Positions 20,901-30,722 of a stretch of DNA of 64,000 nt are shown here, one piece after another (positions within the stretch are counted from its first letter, which is position 1; every line of letters starts with the position of its first letter). Source of the stretch: a virus; the IMG/VR virus record IMGVR_UViG_3300022752_000048, positions 15,377 to 79,376 of that record. One strand, given 5' to 3'. A model generated the notes under the pieces. It had not been told where the DNA came from, searched no databases, and was given only the letters and a program-made list of their open reading frames with translations. A program made the translations under genes and the position numbers.

Positions 20901-21544
20901 GCGTCTTTATAGCCCTGAAATTTAAGTTTATTTTGTACTGCGCCACCAATAACTCTGATTTTTGCGGCGATGCCAAATTCCCTACTAACGACACGAACAC
21001 TACTGCGTCGAGTGTTTTTATCAGTAACTATATCTGCGTATAATTCTGGAACCTGAGCGTTGATTGTACTGGCAATTTGTGATGCAGAAAGATTTGTTAT
21101 ATCGGGAAAGCGCTCTGCTAAAAACAAAACACTAAAAACGCCAGACTCGGTTTCAATTATTAAAGTGTCACCATTTTGAAGGCCGTACGGTTCGGATACT
21201 GTGCTTGATACAACCGGATGAAGAACAGCCGTGCCGTAAAATACTTCAATAATTTTATTGAATGTAGGAATTGATTGTTTAGGAGCGAATATAGCTGGTA
21301 ATGCTAATTGGCGAAAAGAGTTTTGATCTAAGCCTGAATTTGGAGGAACAGAAAAATTATACCTGTTAGCCAAACTAGTTAAAAATCCGCCTTCGGCAGT
21401 AGTTAAGAATAACTGCCTTCTGGCTTGAGATAATAATTCAATAACAAATGTGTCACCAGTAGCAATAGCTTCTAGCAAGCCTTTTAAAACTATTTGCTCT
21501 TCTTTAAGAAAAGAATCTGGCAAAAAATCAAAAAGAGAACTCAC
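17996..21544 (-). CDS. Baseplate wedge subunit (P2 gpI/T4 gp7-like position), extended
   Basis: 1182 aa immediately after baseplate J. Has LFLTTAEG.FL..LA near the N-terminus and LEQLVSVGVKLNI at the C-terminus, typical of gpI-like wedge proteins. Confidence 0.6.
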   Translation of the reverse strand: MSSLFDFLPDSFLKEEQIVLKGLLEAIATGDTFVIELLSQARRQLFLTTAEGGFLTSLANRYNFSVPPNSGLDQNSFRQLALPAIFAPKQSIPTFNKIIEVFYGTAVLHPVVSSTVSEPYGLQNGDTLIIETESGVFSVLFLAERFPDITNLSASQIASTINAQVPELYADIVTDKNTRRSSVRVVSREFGIAAKIRVIGGAVQNKLKFQGYKDACNLAGTEWNISHFSDATYSKTIRFTWVGGSNPNLASINTGDFISIYNLQDTSTILFSKLNGTFEVIDCGYDYFEINSFEFPYTNVLWTQESSNNFAVTSQEFKTIFTNDQYAYITEASAGTVDISIPVIPPIIRKNQEGVSRFRSQSVQLLDIESNKLIIPYPNSFPESGVVAFESAKFLNGFIEKYFYYTNKEQPSGGTQALSIDGSIQNSTPFLSPVECQIAFEAIEMTNPVGGLVDNSELFVHTPGLRHNLENIEEVVFQDTNLDQPIFKHKTVKNIRIPPNTDEVSFENGMDTQLLYIQFADESTNEKYYFNYEPDPEDADNSTILKCIPMPDERFVRAIMCSMNPAVTPGEVTLSIGPNSYPNVDTQTTYTHNFNTQFTSFMMSDADINSNLHGIRIVDDPNNVKFISAPHQSLTNVNTYVLDYQHVFQNFTRAVAINILLPASPLSENSITVIHNLFSTNLITEIRIRQDPANNMGLLPNSIFEGPRIFFTDINGIQSDTQFQLKYMNTTEDLRVDVFLMASYFNPVESVNGKLLRADIDKAHKIKRVDSQQKFIFEILGTGPAPYGSGTITTIGKNVAGVGTQFLTQVQPGDLLVLATGQNREVASIVSNTKLRLKSGFYPSISTPAVYKVASPSANDAPLGAPIKYDGAWIYGFNVIFRPDPIRKTDIAFEFPDRISRGYANFQEGSTVKLLDFGFIPESRYGIATYLKTIYLQVHSQEGKYVYFKSNIGIPLDYNPFIPNTWVIIRDGKCKRSGEFGGTEFKYYMQKPLSEWNKETFFKNSKLYLVSANVPENEYIVGSYLYDPVGTYSPYVISDKFCRLEQPIVAFESPGIILIDGIGNLPSSGFVMINYGNSRQEGPIKYDLVIDGSPTQLKIDPAYIFKQSHENNSVVRVISQTSAPTIGIAGKEYPVYITGATQVRVTLQKTLEQLVSVGVKLNIQVQLPDLKYDDSGIAPFQA

Positions 21545-24500
21545 AGTAAGATATCCTCTGGTTTAGAAATACGTGGTACTTCAAAACTTCCGACTTTAAT
21601 AACACCCTCATTTGCTATTGGCAGGGTGTATGTAATTTGGACGCTTTTAACACCAGGTACTTCTTGAATATGCTTTATAACTTGGCTAATTACAACTTCT
21701 TTACCAACGCCCAATGAGTTGATATATGTTGTGATTGAAGATTTAATTGGATTTTTAATTGTATTTAGAGAAATACCATCACTCGACTCTACGGAAACGC
21801 CAATCTGAATGCTCTTAATCAGAGGTGCAAGAACTTCGATTGAGGTACCCGCAGCTCTAACACCGGGATAAGCAATAGTGTTGGAGGGCAAGCCATCAAG
21901 CACCTTGTGAGCTTCTGCAATTAATTCAGAATAGTAATTATATGCATCAACCCCAACGGTTGTTGAAGAATCAAAATTAAGTTTATGCAAACATTTAATT
22001 TGAGTGTTAAAGGCCGGACTTAATTTATACGCCGAAACTTGGGGCATTAAATATAATTCTGCATCGGTTTGAATTGTATTATGATGCGCATAACCAGATA
22101 CCCATCTATAGCCTTTATAGGGAACTGCTTCTTCAAAAGTAATTGCATTTTTTGAGTTTGCCAAAACAACTTGTTTTGAAACGCTTGTTGCATTAACAAT
22201 ATCGGCTTCAACAAAAATATCAAATTCGCTGTTAACACCAATTTTAGTGATTGGCCATTTTCCGATTAAAGACGTATCAAACCAGGTTGTTGTACCGACA
22301 TTTGGAGTTTTAACAATCAAATAATCATTTTCAAATACAGAATCAATATCCCATATTCTCACATGGCGCTTGTCTTGTGTGTTAATTGTGTGTGTGTCCC
22401 CAATTGGCCCTACTTGCCAGTTTGAGCTTCCTATTGTGTTATCTGAATTAATAACATCTTCTTTGAAAGAAAGAACTTCTTCAACGGCTTCATCATTTTT
22501 AATAATGAATGCATTCTTACCATTATGGGCAATAATTTTGAATCGACCGCGATTCGCAACCGCAAAGGCATCGGAAAATGAAATTAAATCATCAGAACTT
22601 ACTGATAAGTCATGTAACTGCATATCGTCATGTGAATCAAATGCAAAATCGACATAAACAAACCCGTTTCCTAACGGTTTAATTCGGTAATAAACTGACT
22701 CATCTGAAGATATCTTCCACGAAGAAAGATCTTTAGGCGCACCAGATTTATAGTTTGTTTTAACATTTTTCTCATTTTTAAGCATCGAAACAAACATAAA
22801 TTCTGTTGTTTCGCGAATAATACCAATGCCATCTCTATTTGATTCGTTTTCCGTATCATTTAATCTGGCTGTTGTTACATAAATATTCGAAGCATCTTTG
22901 CCTATAATCCTAGATCTTGTGTTGTTTAAATCATTTGTGAACCCAGAAATAGTTACCGTATCGCCTACATAAAAATTGGCAATGTTAACCAACGGACCAA
23001 TTTTTACAGAACCGGTATATATACCAACACTTTGATAAATTGCAGACATTTCATTAGAATCTGTAGTTTTTCTAGCATAGACTGTTTCTGGAACAATGTT
23101 TGGAGCAATCACGTAAATAACTTTTTCGTCTTCAATATGAACAACTGGATAGCCAATATATTGATCTGTTAAGTCTTCTGTTGGCGTAACACATTGGTTG
23201 TTAACATTAAATAATGATGTGTAATTAACGGGATATGGGGAAGATATATTTTTTGATCCTCTAAGGATCAACATATCTCCAACTTTTGTATTAAAGGTAC
23301 CAGTTCCCGAAATGATTGCTATTTTTGCAATTGAACTTGTTGGTTTTGTGATTTCAACAGTTTCATCGCCAACTAATCCGCTAAGAGATTTTCTAAATAC
23401 AAAACGGCCTTTATTTGGTGAAGGTCTTGTGTATGAAACAACAGTTGAGATTTTAAACCAGGTTTCAATATCAGATGAATTTGTTGCAGTAATTTTTGAA
23501 TCTGTAGGCAATGCACTTGGTTGTGTACGATATGCTCTGTAAATGGGGGCGGTGATTGAGTTATATACTTCTACAAAAGATCCACGGGCAAATGACTGAG
23601 CTAGAGGAAAGTCTGTTCTGATTTTAACCGATGTACCTTGTTTAGAAGCAGCATTTTTTGCTTTTGCCGTTACTGTGTTTGCAGTTACACCGGTAATCTT
23701 AACAGCTCCAGCAGCTCCTAAGTGTAATGAATTTATTTGAATGTTTTTCTCATCGGTGATACGAGAAACCTCGGCTTGAATATTAAGCGGGCTGATGGCT
23801 GTGAATTTTAACCATTTTTCTAAAGCTTTTGCTGAAGCAGGAATCAAAACACATTCTTGGTCAGAATAAACAGAGCTAAATCCAGTATTTAAAATTTTTG
23901 ATGATTCTGGCAACACGGAATCATCGGACTGAACGAGAGCGATGATTTTATTATCAATTGGAGAATATGTATGAATATGCGCAACACAGCCAAAAGGTGC
24001 CCGCGCAGAATGATAATAATTACTTTCTGTAAGAGTTGTGAAATCGGTTCTCGGAACTATATTTCCGTGAGTGTGATACGTTGGAAATTTAATTGGAGAA
24101 CCAGTATTAGTTGTTGGTGTAGCTTCAATTGTAAACACTGGATTATTTGTATAATATTCGCCAGCTTTAGCAATTACGTCTTGGATAGACTTTTGTAGTG
24201 TAGTGAACGACTGGATAGGAGCGTAATCGGAAATGTAACTAACTGGTGTATACGTAGTTTGGCGAACACCGGGAGCAGAAACAACAATTGTGTTAGGATC
24301 TGGAGTTTCGATAATTAAAAATGAGCCTGAATATGTTTGAGAACCGCCGATATTTAAAATATCGCCAATTAAGAACGCTCCAGATAGGTTAATAGAAAGA
24401 GCACTAATTGTCAGTTTAACAATTTCTGCGCCAGTAGGACTGGTGTAATCAGATGGCGTAATTGTATAAGAACCGGTATATTGGGTACCTAAAACAGTCG

Positions 24501-27500
24501 CACCTGAACAAAGAGTACAGTTTACGACTAAAACAGAGCGATCTTCTTCTTGAAAAGATTCATGCGTGAATTGAATTTGCGACGAATTTGGATGTAATGG
24601 ATAAGAAAAATTAAATCTAAAATCATGCACTGGGCCATATTGAGTAGACCTAATAACTAATGCGTCTGATGGATTTCCACCGAACGGCAAAGTTGGATAT
24701 ATTGTATGAATAATTGTTGGTTTAAACAAAATATTAAAATCGGTAAAATCAAACGAACGATATGGGCTGTTAGGTTCAAAAAATGGACGTGGTTCATCCG
24801 TAATTAATTTATCTTCTGGATCTTTTAGCGTAAAAATAAGTTGATTTCCTGGCCCCGCTCCAAACGGCTGAACAACTTCGGTTAATGCCTTTTTATACAT
24901 TGGTATATTAGTTGTTTTGTTAGTTGAGTCTAAATCCATTTGCACAACTAGACGATCAACTGGAGTTAATGGAATATCGTTTAGTCTTAAAGATAGATTT
25001 GACCTTGTTGCATTTGAGCCATAAACGGTTTGAGGCAGAGGAGGAATTGTGTCTACTCCGCGTGCAAAACCACCAAATGGAGCAGTTGAATCGTTATTAT
25101 AAATACGAGAAATAATATTCTCATTGCGACCAGTGATAAAAGCTTCTTGTAAACCTTTTGGATAATGAATGATATTTGCAGATGCGACAATTGCTGGATC
25201 TGCAACATCGTTTAAAACTTCAGTTTCCGTTGTTAGAAAACCTAAATAACCACGAGTGTTGTAAAAATCTTTTGGTAAAGTAGGATCACCGGTATTAGTA
25301 ATATACGGAGCGCCGCTTCCAACAAAACCACTTTTCTTTGCAGCGATATGCGGCTGAATACTATCAGCAATCATTTGACTGAATAAATTTGTAGCCGATG
25401 AAATAGAAGCTAAAATGGCTATTGTAGATTTGTTTTGATCAAAATTATTTGATCTAATAGCAATTTGTCGAGGAGATAGTTTATATGCAGTTGCACCGAT
25501 TAATTGTTTGTTAATTTCTGTTACAAGAACATCAGCTGTTTGATAATCCGAAACTGGAATGTTTATGATTTGAGGAACAGCATTGTCTATTTTAAATGCA
25601 GAAAGCATCCCAGAAGTTAAGTCAAAAGATGATGGAGTCAAAGGAGCATATCCATCAATTGTGGTGTCACCAGAACCAGAAGAAGCGACAGCAGATACTG
25701 GAAGATCTACATAGAATGTGTCCGTGGTTGGCGCGGGGGACGATTTAACAACGGCTGTAACTGGGAATGATAATCCTGGGAAAATAGATTGTGTTAACGC
25801 ACTTGCGCCTGTAATTTGAAATGAATCTAGTTGTAAAAATCCATGATTTGGAAGAATCACTTTGATTGTCGGAGAACCAAGGGTCGATTCAATTAAAGTC
25901 TCGGAGAAAATACCAAAGAAAGCTTCTCGTTCAACTTTTGAAGTTTCAATATCAATAAATGTATCTTTAGAAACAGAAAAGTTAATAGTATTAGGAGCAA
26001 AAACTGCGGTAACACCAGCAATTTGTTTTTTGAATTTAAAAACAGTACTGCTATCTACAGCAGAAACTACATGGGTTCCAATAATTGCTGAATCTAAAAA
26101 GCTTGTACCAACAGCTAGGCTGGCTGCTGTAATTTCGAACGACTGCCCTACAACAAATTTATGATCTTCTGTTGTAGTGACCGTAAATGTTACATTGCCA
26201 TTTACGTCAGTGGTTGAATATTGAGTTGGCACTAAGTTAAAATTTTGATCTGCGCTTCTTGTGCAAAGTCCTTTTTTCAGAACTTTCATTACACTATTAG
26301 TACGACCGGGTAGTCTATTTGCTACGGCGGAGTCACTATTTAAATAAATATAATCACCTAATTCGATACTAGAATATAACGCTATATCAGAACTGTGTAG
26401 TCTAACTACTGTAGAATTAGGCGATACGATTTCTGGAGTAAGAGAGCTAGCACCTGTAAGTCCAAGTGTTCTTAATTCAAATTGTCCGTCGACACCAACA
26501 ATAATTCTTGGAGTGCCAAGATTTGTGTTACCTGCCGAAAATAAACCGCTCGGTGCTGACTTTGATTGAATTTCTGCACGAGTAAATTTTGATGAAACGG
26601 TAATATTATCATTTAGTTGTGGCTCGTTAAGAAGTTTAATTTCGCCGCTGATTCTGTTAATTTCAAAATCCGGTGTTGCACCAACGCTTTCTAATACGTG
26701 TGAAGATTTAAATATTTTATTTACGCCAATCCACGTTGCTGGTGCGCCTGTGGAAGTTGTCGATTCGATTTTAATTGAACCAAAAGGGCTCAACGATTGC
26801 CATGAAGCAAAGGCGAGTTTAGAACCAACTTGATAAACATTAACACCCGCAACTTTTTTCTTAAATACTGTGATCCAATCGGTTAACTGCGCAGATGCAA
26901 CGGTGCGACCAAGAGCAAGCATATCATTATTATCGATAGTGAATGTTTGGGTTACACCATCAACTGTCATTCTGACATTCTGTAAATCTAAATCAGTTAG
27001 CGACAGCCAAGGAAAATCTGCTGAGTAAACTACTGCAGATAAACCTTTGAATGACAAAAGCTTATTATTTTTGTAAACGTAAATTGGTCTAATCTGATGA
27101 GTGGGAAGTCCTAAAATAGCTTGAAGTTTACTCGGTAAAATCTGTAAAGTTTCTGCACGACCAGAAATATCAAATACAGAAAACGTAGTTCCGTCGTTAG
27201 CAGTTCTGAATCCTAATGCTGAAGAGCCACTAAGAATAACGCCGTTAAAAGCTCGCACGATTTCGGATGGTGAAACTGAAGAGAGGTTTGTATATTCGGA
27301 TTGATTAATTTCAAATCGAGTAGGCACACCATCAAGAATGATGTCCAAATACATGCCATCTTGCAATACATATGGAGCAGGCTCAACTCCAACAGCAACA
27401 CAGGGTGTGATTGGTTTATTAGAAGTTTTTAAGAAGATTTCTTGCCCACTAGAATTCACCAACAACTGTTCAAAATCTTGCCCTTTATACGAGGGCTCTA

Positions 27501-28518
27501 ATCCTGAACCATCATCAATATAAATTTTCGTCGAATCAATTCTATTTGTAGGTTCGACAATATTTAGCGATGTGATAGTTTTGCCGCTAATGGGATCTCG
27601 TAGTCCTTGTAAAGAACTCGAAATGGATTGTTTTGTACCTCGGCTGAGTGACGCAATATAGTTTGCAATACGAAGCCTTAAAGCTTCGTCACCTTCTGCG
27701 CTAGCACCATTTGTGATTGAAGATGGGTTAGTAACAATTGCGCCAGTAAATGGTGGCGTTAAAAATTGTTTAATTGCCCCAACTGACGCATTTCCAGTTT
27801 CGCCAAATGAGCTACAAGAGACAGACACTGTGATAGTGTCTTCACCATCGGGGAGAGTGAAAGTTCCATCTACAGTATATTGAACGGGCACATTACCGCT
27901 AGATCCTGGCGCAACGACTACCGTCCCTGCAGAAATTTGCCTTGTACCACCCTGCGACAAAATAGCTGTTTCGCCATATGCGTGGTTATTGACCAAAGGG
28001 GTTGACGTATTTAAATTTAAAGTCCAATAAGTATTGTTATTTTCAATACTTGTATATTGAATCGGCCCTTCTTCATTTGCGGTTCCGCGACCTAAATAAA
28101 ATGCACCTGCAGATGGCCATCCAATACAGTCTTGCAGATAAACTTTAATACTGCCAGCATATGGTGTTGGTTTACCGATATATACCAAAGTGGATTTTTT
28201 AGTGAATGGAGAAGAAATACGTACTTGACCATTAGCTCTTTTTGCAGGAAATCGACCGAATCCGCCAACTCCATTAGGGATTTGCGCCTCGATAGCTTTT
28301 TCATCTAGCTCACTACCGACCAAAGTCTGTAAATTTGAGCTTTCCAATACCTTAAGAACACCAATTTGATTTTGATAATCTTGTAACGCAGCAGCTTCAA
28401 GGATTGTGGAGGTGATACTACCTTCGCTGACATCTGTAATGTCAGTATTGGCAGTTAGCTTTCTGATCATGTCAGCTAAAATCGATTGAACGCTTTTAAC
28501 TGTAATTGCCATTATCAA
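21541..28518 (-). CDS. Giant baseplate J/gp6-like wedge protein
   Basis: N-terminal baseplate-J motifs (TDVSEGSITSTILEA, GETGNASVGAI, VTNPSSITNGASAEGDEALRLR) and C-terminal YINSLGVGKEVVISQVI...VPGVKSV, separated by a ~1900-aa insert. Confidence 0.85.
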   Translation of the reverse strand: MIMAITVKSVQSILADMIRKLTANTDITDVSEGSITSTILEAAALQDYQNQIGVLKVLESSNLQTLVGSELDEKAIEAQIPNGVGGFGRFPAKRANGQVRISSPFTKKSTLVYIGKPTPYAGSIKVYLQDCIGWPSAGAFYLGRGTANEEGPIQYTSIENNNTYWTLNLNTSTPLVNNHAYGETAILSQGGTRQISAGTVVVAPGSSGNVPVQYTVDGTFTLPDGEDTITVSVSCSSFGETGNASVGAIKQFLTPPFTGAIVTNPSSITNGASAEGDEALRLRIANYIASLSRGTKQSISSSLQGLRDPISGKTITSLNIVEPTNRIDSTKIYIDDGSGLEPSYKGQDFEQLLVNSSGQEIFLKTSNKPITPCVAVGVEPAPYVLQDGMYLDIILDGVPTRFEINQSEYTNLSSVSPSEIVRAFNGVILSGSSALGFRTANDGTTFSVFDISGRAETLQILPSKLQAILGLPTHQIRPIYVYKNNKLLSFKGLSAVVYSADFPWLSLTDLDLQNVRMTVDGVTQTFTIDNNDMLALGRTVASAQLTDWITVFKKKVAGVNVYQVGSKLAFASWQSLSPFGSIKIESTTSTGAPATWIGVNKIFKSSHVLESVGATPDFEINRISGEIKLLNEPQLNDNITVSSKFTRAEIQSKSAPSGLFSAGNTNLGTPRIIVGVDGQFELRTLGLTGASSLTPEIVSPNSTVVRLHSSDIALYSSIELGDYIYLNSDSAVANRLPGRTNSVMKVLKKGLCTRSADQNFNLVPTQYSTTDVNGNVTFTVTTTEDHKFVVGQSFEITAASLAVGTSFLDSAIIGTHVVSAVDSSTVFKFKKQIAGVTAVFAPNTINFSVSKDTFIDIETSKVEREAFFGIFSETLIESTLGSPTIKVILPNHGFLQLDSFQITGASALTQSIFPGLSFPVTAVVKSSPAPTTDTFYVDLPVSAVASSGSGDTTIDGYAPLTPSSFDLTSGMLSAFKIDNAVPQIINIPVSDYQTADVLVTEINKQLIGATAYKLSPRQIAIRSNNFDQNKSTIAILASISSATNLFSQMIADSIQPHIAAKKSGFVGSGAPYITNTGDPTLPKDFYNTRGYLGFLTTETEVLNDVADPAIVASANIIHYPKGLQEAFITGRNENIISRIYNNDSTAPFGGFARGVDTIPPLPQTVYGSNATRSNLSLRLNDIPLTPVDRLVVQMDLDSTNKTTNIPMYKKALTEVVQPFGAGPGNQLIFTLKDPEDKLITDEPRPFFEPNSPYRSFDFTDFNILFKPTIIHTIYPTLPFGGNPSDALVIRSTQYGPVHDFRFNFSYPLHPNSSQIQFTHESFQEEDRSVLVVNCTLCSGATVLGTQYTGSYTITPSDYTSPTGAEIVKLTISALSINLSGAFLIGDILNIGGSQTYSGSFLIIETPDPNTIVVSAPGVRQTTYTPVSYISDYAPIQSFTTLQKSIQDVIAKAGEYYTNNPVFTIEATPTTNTGSPIKFPTYHTHGNIVPRTDFTTLTESNYYHSARAPFGCVAHIHTYSPIDNKIIALVQSDDSVLPESSKILNTGFSSVYSDQECVLIPASAKALEKWLKFTAISPLNIQAEVSRITDEKNIQINSLHLGAAGAVKITGVTANTVTAKAKNAASKQGTSVKIRTDFPLAQSFARGSFVEVYNSITAPIYRAYRTQPSALPTDSKITATNSSDIETWFKISTVVSYTRPSPNKGRFVFRKSLSGLVGDETVEITKPTSSIAKIAIISGTGTFNTKVGDMLILRGSKNISSPYPVNYTSLFNVNNQCVTPTEDLTDQYIGYPVVHIEDEKVIYVIAPNIVPETVYARKTTDSNEMSAIYQSVGIYTGSVKIGPLVNIANFYVGDTVTISGFTNDLNNTRSRIIGKDASNIYVTTARLNDTENESNRDGIGIIRETTEFMFVSMLKNEKNVKTNYKSGAPKDLSSWKISSDESVYYRIKPLGNGFVYVDFAFDSHDDMQLHDLSVSSDDLISFSDAFAVANRGRFKIIAHNGKNAFIIKNDEAVEEVLSFKEDVINSDNTIGSSNWQVGPIGDTHTINTQDKRHVRIWDIDSVFENDYLIVKTPNVGTTTWFDTSLIGKWPITKIGVNSEFDIFVEADIVNATSVSKQVVLANSKNAITFEEAVPYKGYRWVSGYAHHNTIQTDAELYLMPQVSAYKLSPAFNTQIKCLHKLNFDSSTTVGVDAYNYYSELIAEAHKVLDGLPSNTIAYPGVRAAGTSIEVLAPLIKSIQIGVSVESSDGISLNTIKNPIKSSITTYINSLGVGKEVVISQVIKHIQEVPGVKSVQITYTLPIANEGVIKVGSFEVPRISKPEDILL

Positions 28519-28524
28519 TCTCCA

Positions 28525-30075
28525 TCAAATCACAAAGGCTAATGGTATCAACTGACTAGATCCAGCTATTGTAACAAGAACAGTCATGCCGATTTTGTTA
28601 TCCGCCGATATTTGTATATCCTTTAGTGTAACAGATGTAAAACGTAAATCTCGTTTTAAAGTTTGCTCTATTACAGATGCTATTTTCGTAGAAGTTGTCG
28701 ATCCTTGCAAGGCAAAACCAATGTTATTTGCCAGACCATATTGCTGATGTAGAGGTAATTGTCCATGCTCTGTTTTTAGGGCAGAAATAATTGTTTGCCT
28801 TAAATTATTTATTCCAAATTGATACTTTAAATCACCGTCTGTACCAAGCAGCAGATCGCCAGATATATCATCTACAGCAATGTCTACTCCGAAAGAAAGC
28901 AAGGCTTTATCGAGCCTTTTGAGTTCACCTTCAGAGGGCTCCGGAATGTTTGTGTTCGCTGCCGTAAGCGATAGAGGAATTTTTACTAGAGAAAAGTCGG
29001 AAAGAGTTTCTGGCGCATAAACTCTTATATATGCGACGTGACTAGTTAAAAGTTTTGAAAGATCTTGTTTTCCACTAAGATGTACTGTGGCAGAGCCATC
29101 GCGGTTGTCATTTACTCGCTCTACTTTTCTAACTTCTTCGGGTACTAAACGACTACCAATTTTGATAGAAGAGTTGATTCGGAATTTGTCTTGTTGAGAA
29201 ATTGGAACCCTTACAGTCGAAGCGCTGCCGCTTTCTAACAAAAGAATTTTTTCACCATAAAGATCAACATAAGGTGCTTTCAAATTATTGACAGTGACTA
29301 GTTCGTACCATCTATCTGAACTGCCAAGATAATCTTGGGCCATTTGCTGCAAACTTTTTTCAAACGGAACTACTCGATAACTGCGATAAATATCTAAAAC
29401 CCTAACTTCTGAGCCACCTTCGATCAATTTTGAATTAGCAAACGATAAAAGGTTCGGGGCGATATTTTTTTTGTATTTGAACTGTAAAATTATTCCTTCG
29501 ATATATTTTTCTAACTCTATAGTATTATTCAAAAAAACTAAGTCAGAAATAAAATAATCTCGTTGTTTTGGAGAGCTTTTTCGCCCTCTAAGACTATCAT
29601 AATATGGATCGCCGAGTCCAATAAAGTCAAAAGCAATTTCTCTTTGGCTCTTCAAAAACCGAAGCATAGCTTTGAAATTTTCAACGTCAAACTGGGCAAC
29701 TCGTTGTTTTTCTTCTTTTATATATTGAGTTTCGGGATCAGTCAGGTCCAGTGAATTAGCTTCAATTAGCTCAAGAAGCTCTGACATTTCTGCAAAAATA
29801 TTCAAATCTGTAAACGGGTTTACGTCGGCTCCATTTTGGTAACTTTCAACGTAGTCATGAAACTCGAGAATCTTTCTAGTTAAAAATTCGTCCCCGTTTG
29901 CGTACTTTTCAAAACTCTGAGCAATAGCACTCGCGTTCTTAACAAACCAGGGCCATCTATCTGCTGTGAGTTTGGGGAGAAGATTTAATGTTATCTTTCC
30001 CCCATCCCTCTCCCGTAGATAAAGTGACAAGTCTATTTGTATAGAGAATCTGTCTGTGTATTGTTTTTGCGCCAT
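28525..30075 (-). CDS. Baseplate protein with LysM-like and gp25/GPW-like domains
   Basis: LQQMAQDYLGSSDRWYELVTVNNLKAPY (LysM/gp53-like); C-terminal GINNLRQTIISALKTEHGQLPLHQQYG...LKRDLRF (gp25-like). Confidence 0.75.
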   Translation of the reverse strand: MAQKQYTDRFSIQIDLSLYLRERDGGKITLNLLPKLTADRWPWFVKNASAIAQSFEKYANGDEFLTRKILEFHDYVESYQNGADVNPFTDLNIFAEMSELLELIEANSLDLTDPETQYIKEEKQRVAQFDVENFKAMLRFLKSQREIAFDFIGLGDPYYDSLRGRKSSPKQRDYFISDLVFLNNTIELEKYIEGIILQFKYKKNIAPNLLSFANSKLIEGGSEVRVLDIYRSYRVVPFEKSLQQMAQDYLGSSDRWYELVTVNNLKAPYVDLYGEKILLLESGSASTVRVPISQQDKFRINSSIKIGSRLVPEEVRKVERVNDNRDGSATVHLSGKQDLSKLLTSHVAYIRVYAPETLSDFSLVKIPLSLTAANTNIPEPSEGELKRLDKALLSFGVDIAVDDISGDLLLGTDGDLKYQFGINNLRQTIISALKTEHGQLPLHQQYGLANNIGFALQGSTTSTKIASVIEQTLKRDLRFTSVTLKDIQISADNKIGMTVLVTIAGSSQLIPLAFVI

Positions 30076-30152
30076 GAGTTTCCCCTTCCTATAATATTAC
30101 CCCATATTTATATAAAGCCAACTGTCGGACAATACCAATAAAATAAAATAAT

Positions 30153-30181
30153 AAGTCAGCAATTAACTCAAGTGTTAGTAT
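30153..30181 (+). promoter_or_regulatory. Candidate sigma70-like promoter for the dnaE-N operon
   Basis: AAGTCA-17 nt-TAGTAT with TG extension, A-tract upstream and GGAGG RBS downstream. Confidence 0.45.
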
Positions 30182-30200
30182 CCAACCACTGGAGGCTCTA

Positions 30201-30464
30201 ATGAAAAATTTAAACGGAGAGCTAATATCTTTTCTACAAAAAATCACTGAAGAGGAAGACTTAATGGAGATAAGCCACCAGCTTCTAGCAAGAAACTACC
30301 GGTCAATGCGGCTAATCGAGAACACCCAATCAAAGACAAACTTTTATAATACCGATTTTTTATTCAATAATCAGCAGTACAAATTAGTGGTAACCAGAAA
30401 ACTGCCGTTATTTCATAATTCCGAAGACGAAACTGAAGAAGAGCAAGAAGAGTACGAAGAATGA
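30201..30464 (+). CDS. Hypothetical protein
   Basis: GGAGG RBS, 87 aa, acidic tail. Confidence 0.65.
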   Translation: MKNLNGELISFLQKITEEEDLMEISHQLLARNYRSMRLIENTQSKTNFYNTDFLFNNQQYKLVVTRKLPLFHNSEDETEEEQEEYEE

Positions 30465-30721
30465 TATACCTCTATGAATTAGTAAATCCTTTATATCGCG
30501 ACATTTCTATCGAAGATCACGGTCACCCGTTTTTTATTATAGATCGTGATCTTCATAAAACAGAAGACTTAAAACATCCAACAGCACCACAAATCAAATT
30601 TCAGCGACTAATATCGAAATTTAATACTATAGATGAATTAGCCGATTATGTTATTTCTTGGGATCAAAATATCGAACCGTATAAAACTGCATTGTTAAAC
30701 CAATTAACAAAAGAAGTATAA
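30461..30721 (+). CDS. Hypothetical protein
   Basis: ATGA-coupled to the previous ORF; 86 aa; directly precedes dnaE-N. Confidence 0.6.
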   Translation: MIYLYELVNPLYRDISIEDHGHPFFIIDRDLHKTEDLKHPTAPQIKFQRLISKFNTIDELADYVISWDQNIEPYKTALLNQLTKEV

Positions 30722-30722
30722 A

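Noticed and set aside
274-29754. Numerous plus-strand ORFs of 60-234 aa in the tail module (e.g. 12152..12856)
   Set aside because: Antisense shadows of long minus-strand genes, caused by codon bias; no RBS or protein-like signal.
30105-30112. T4 late promoter consensus TATAAATA upstream of the baseplate operon (minus strand)
   Set aside because: I did not see it upstream of the other structural operons, which share a different motif, and it is expected by chance in AT-rich DNA.
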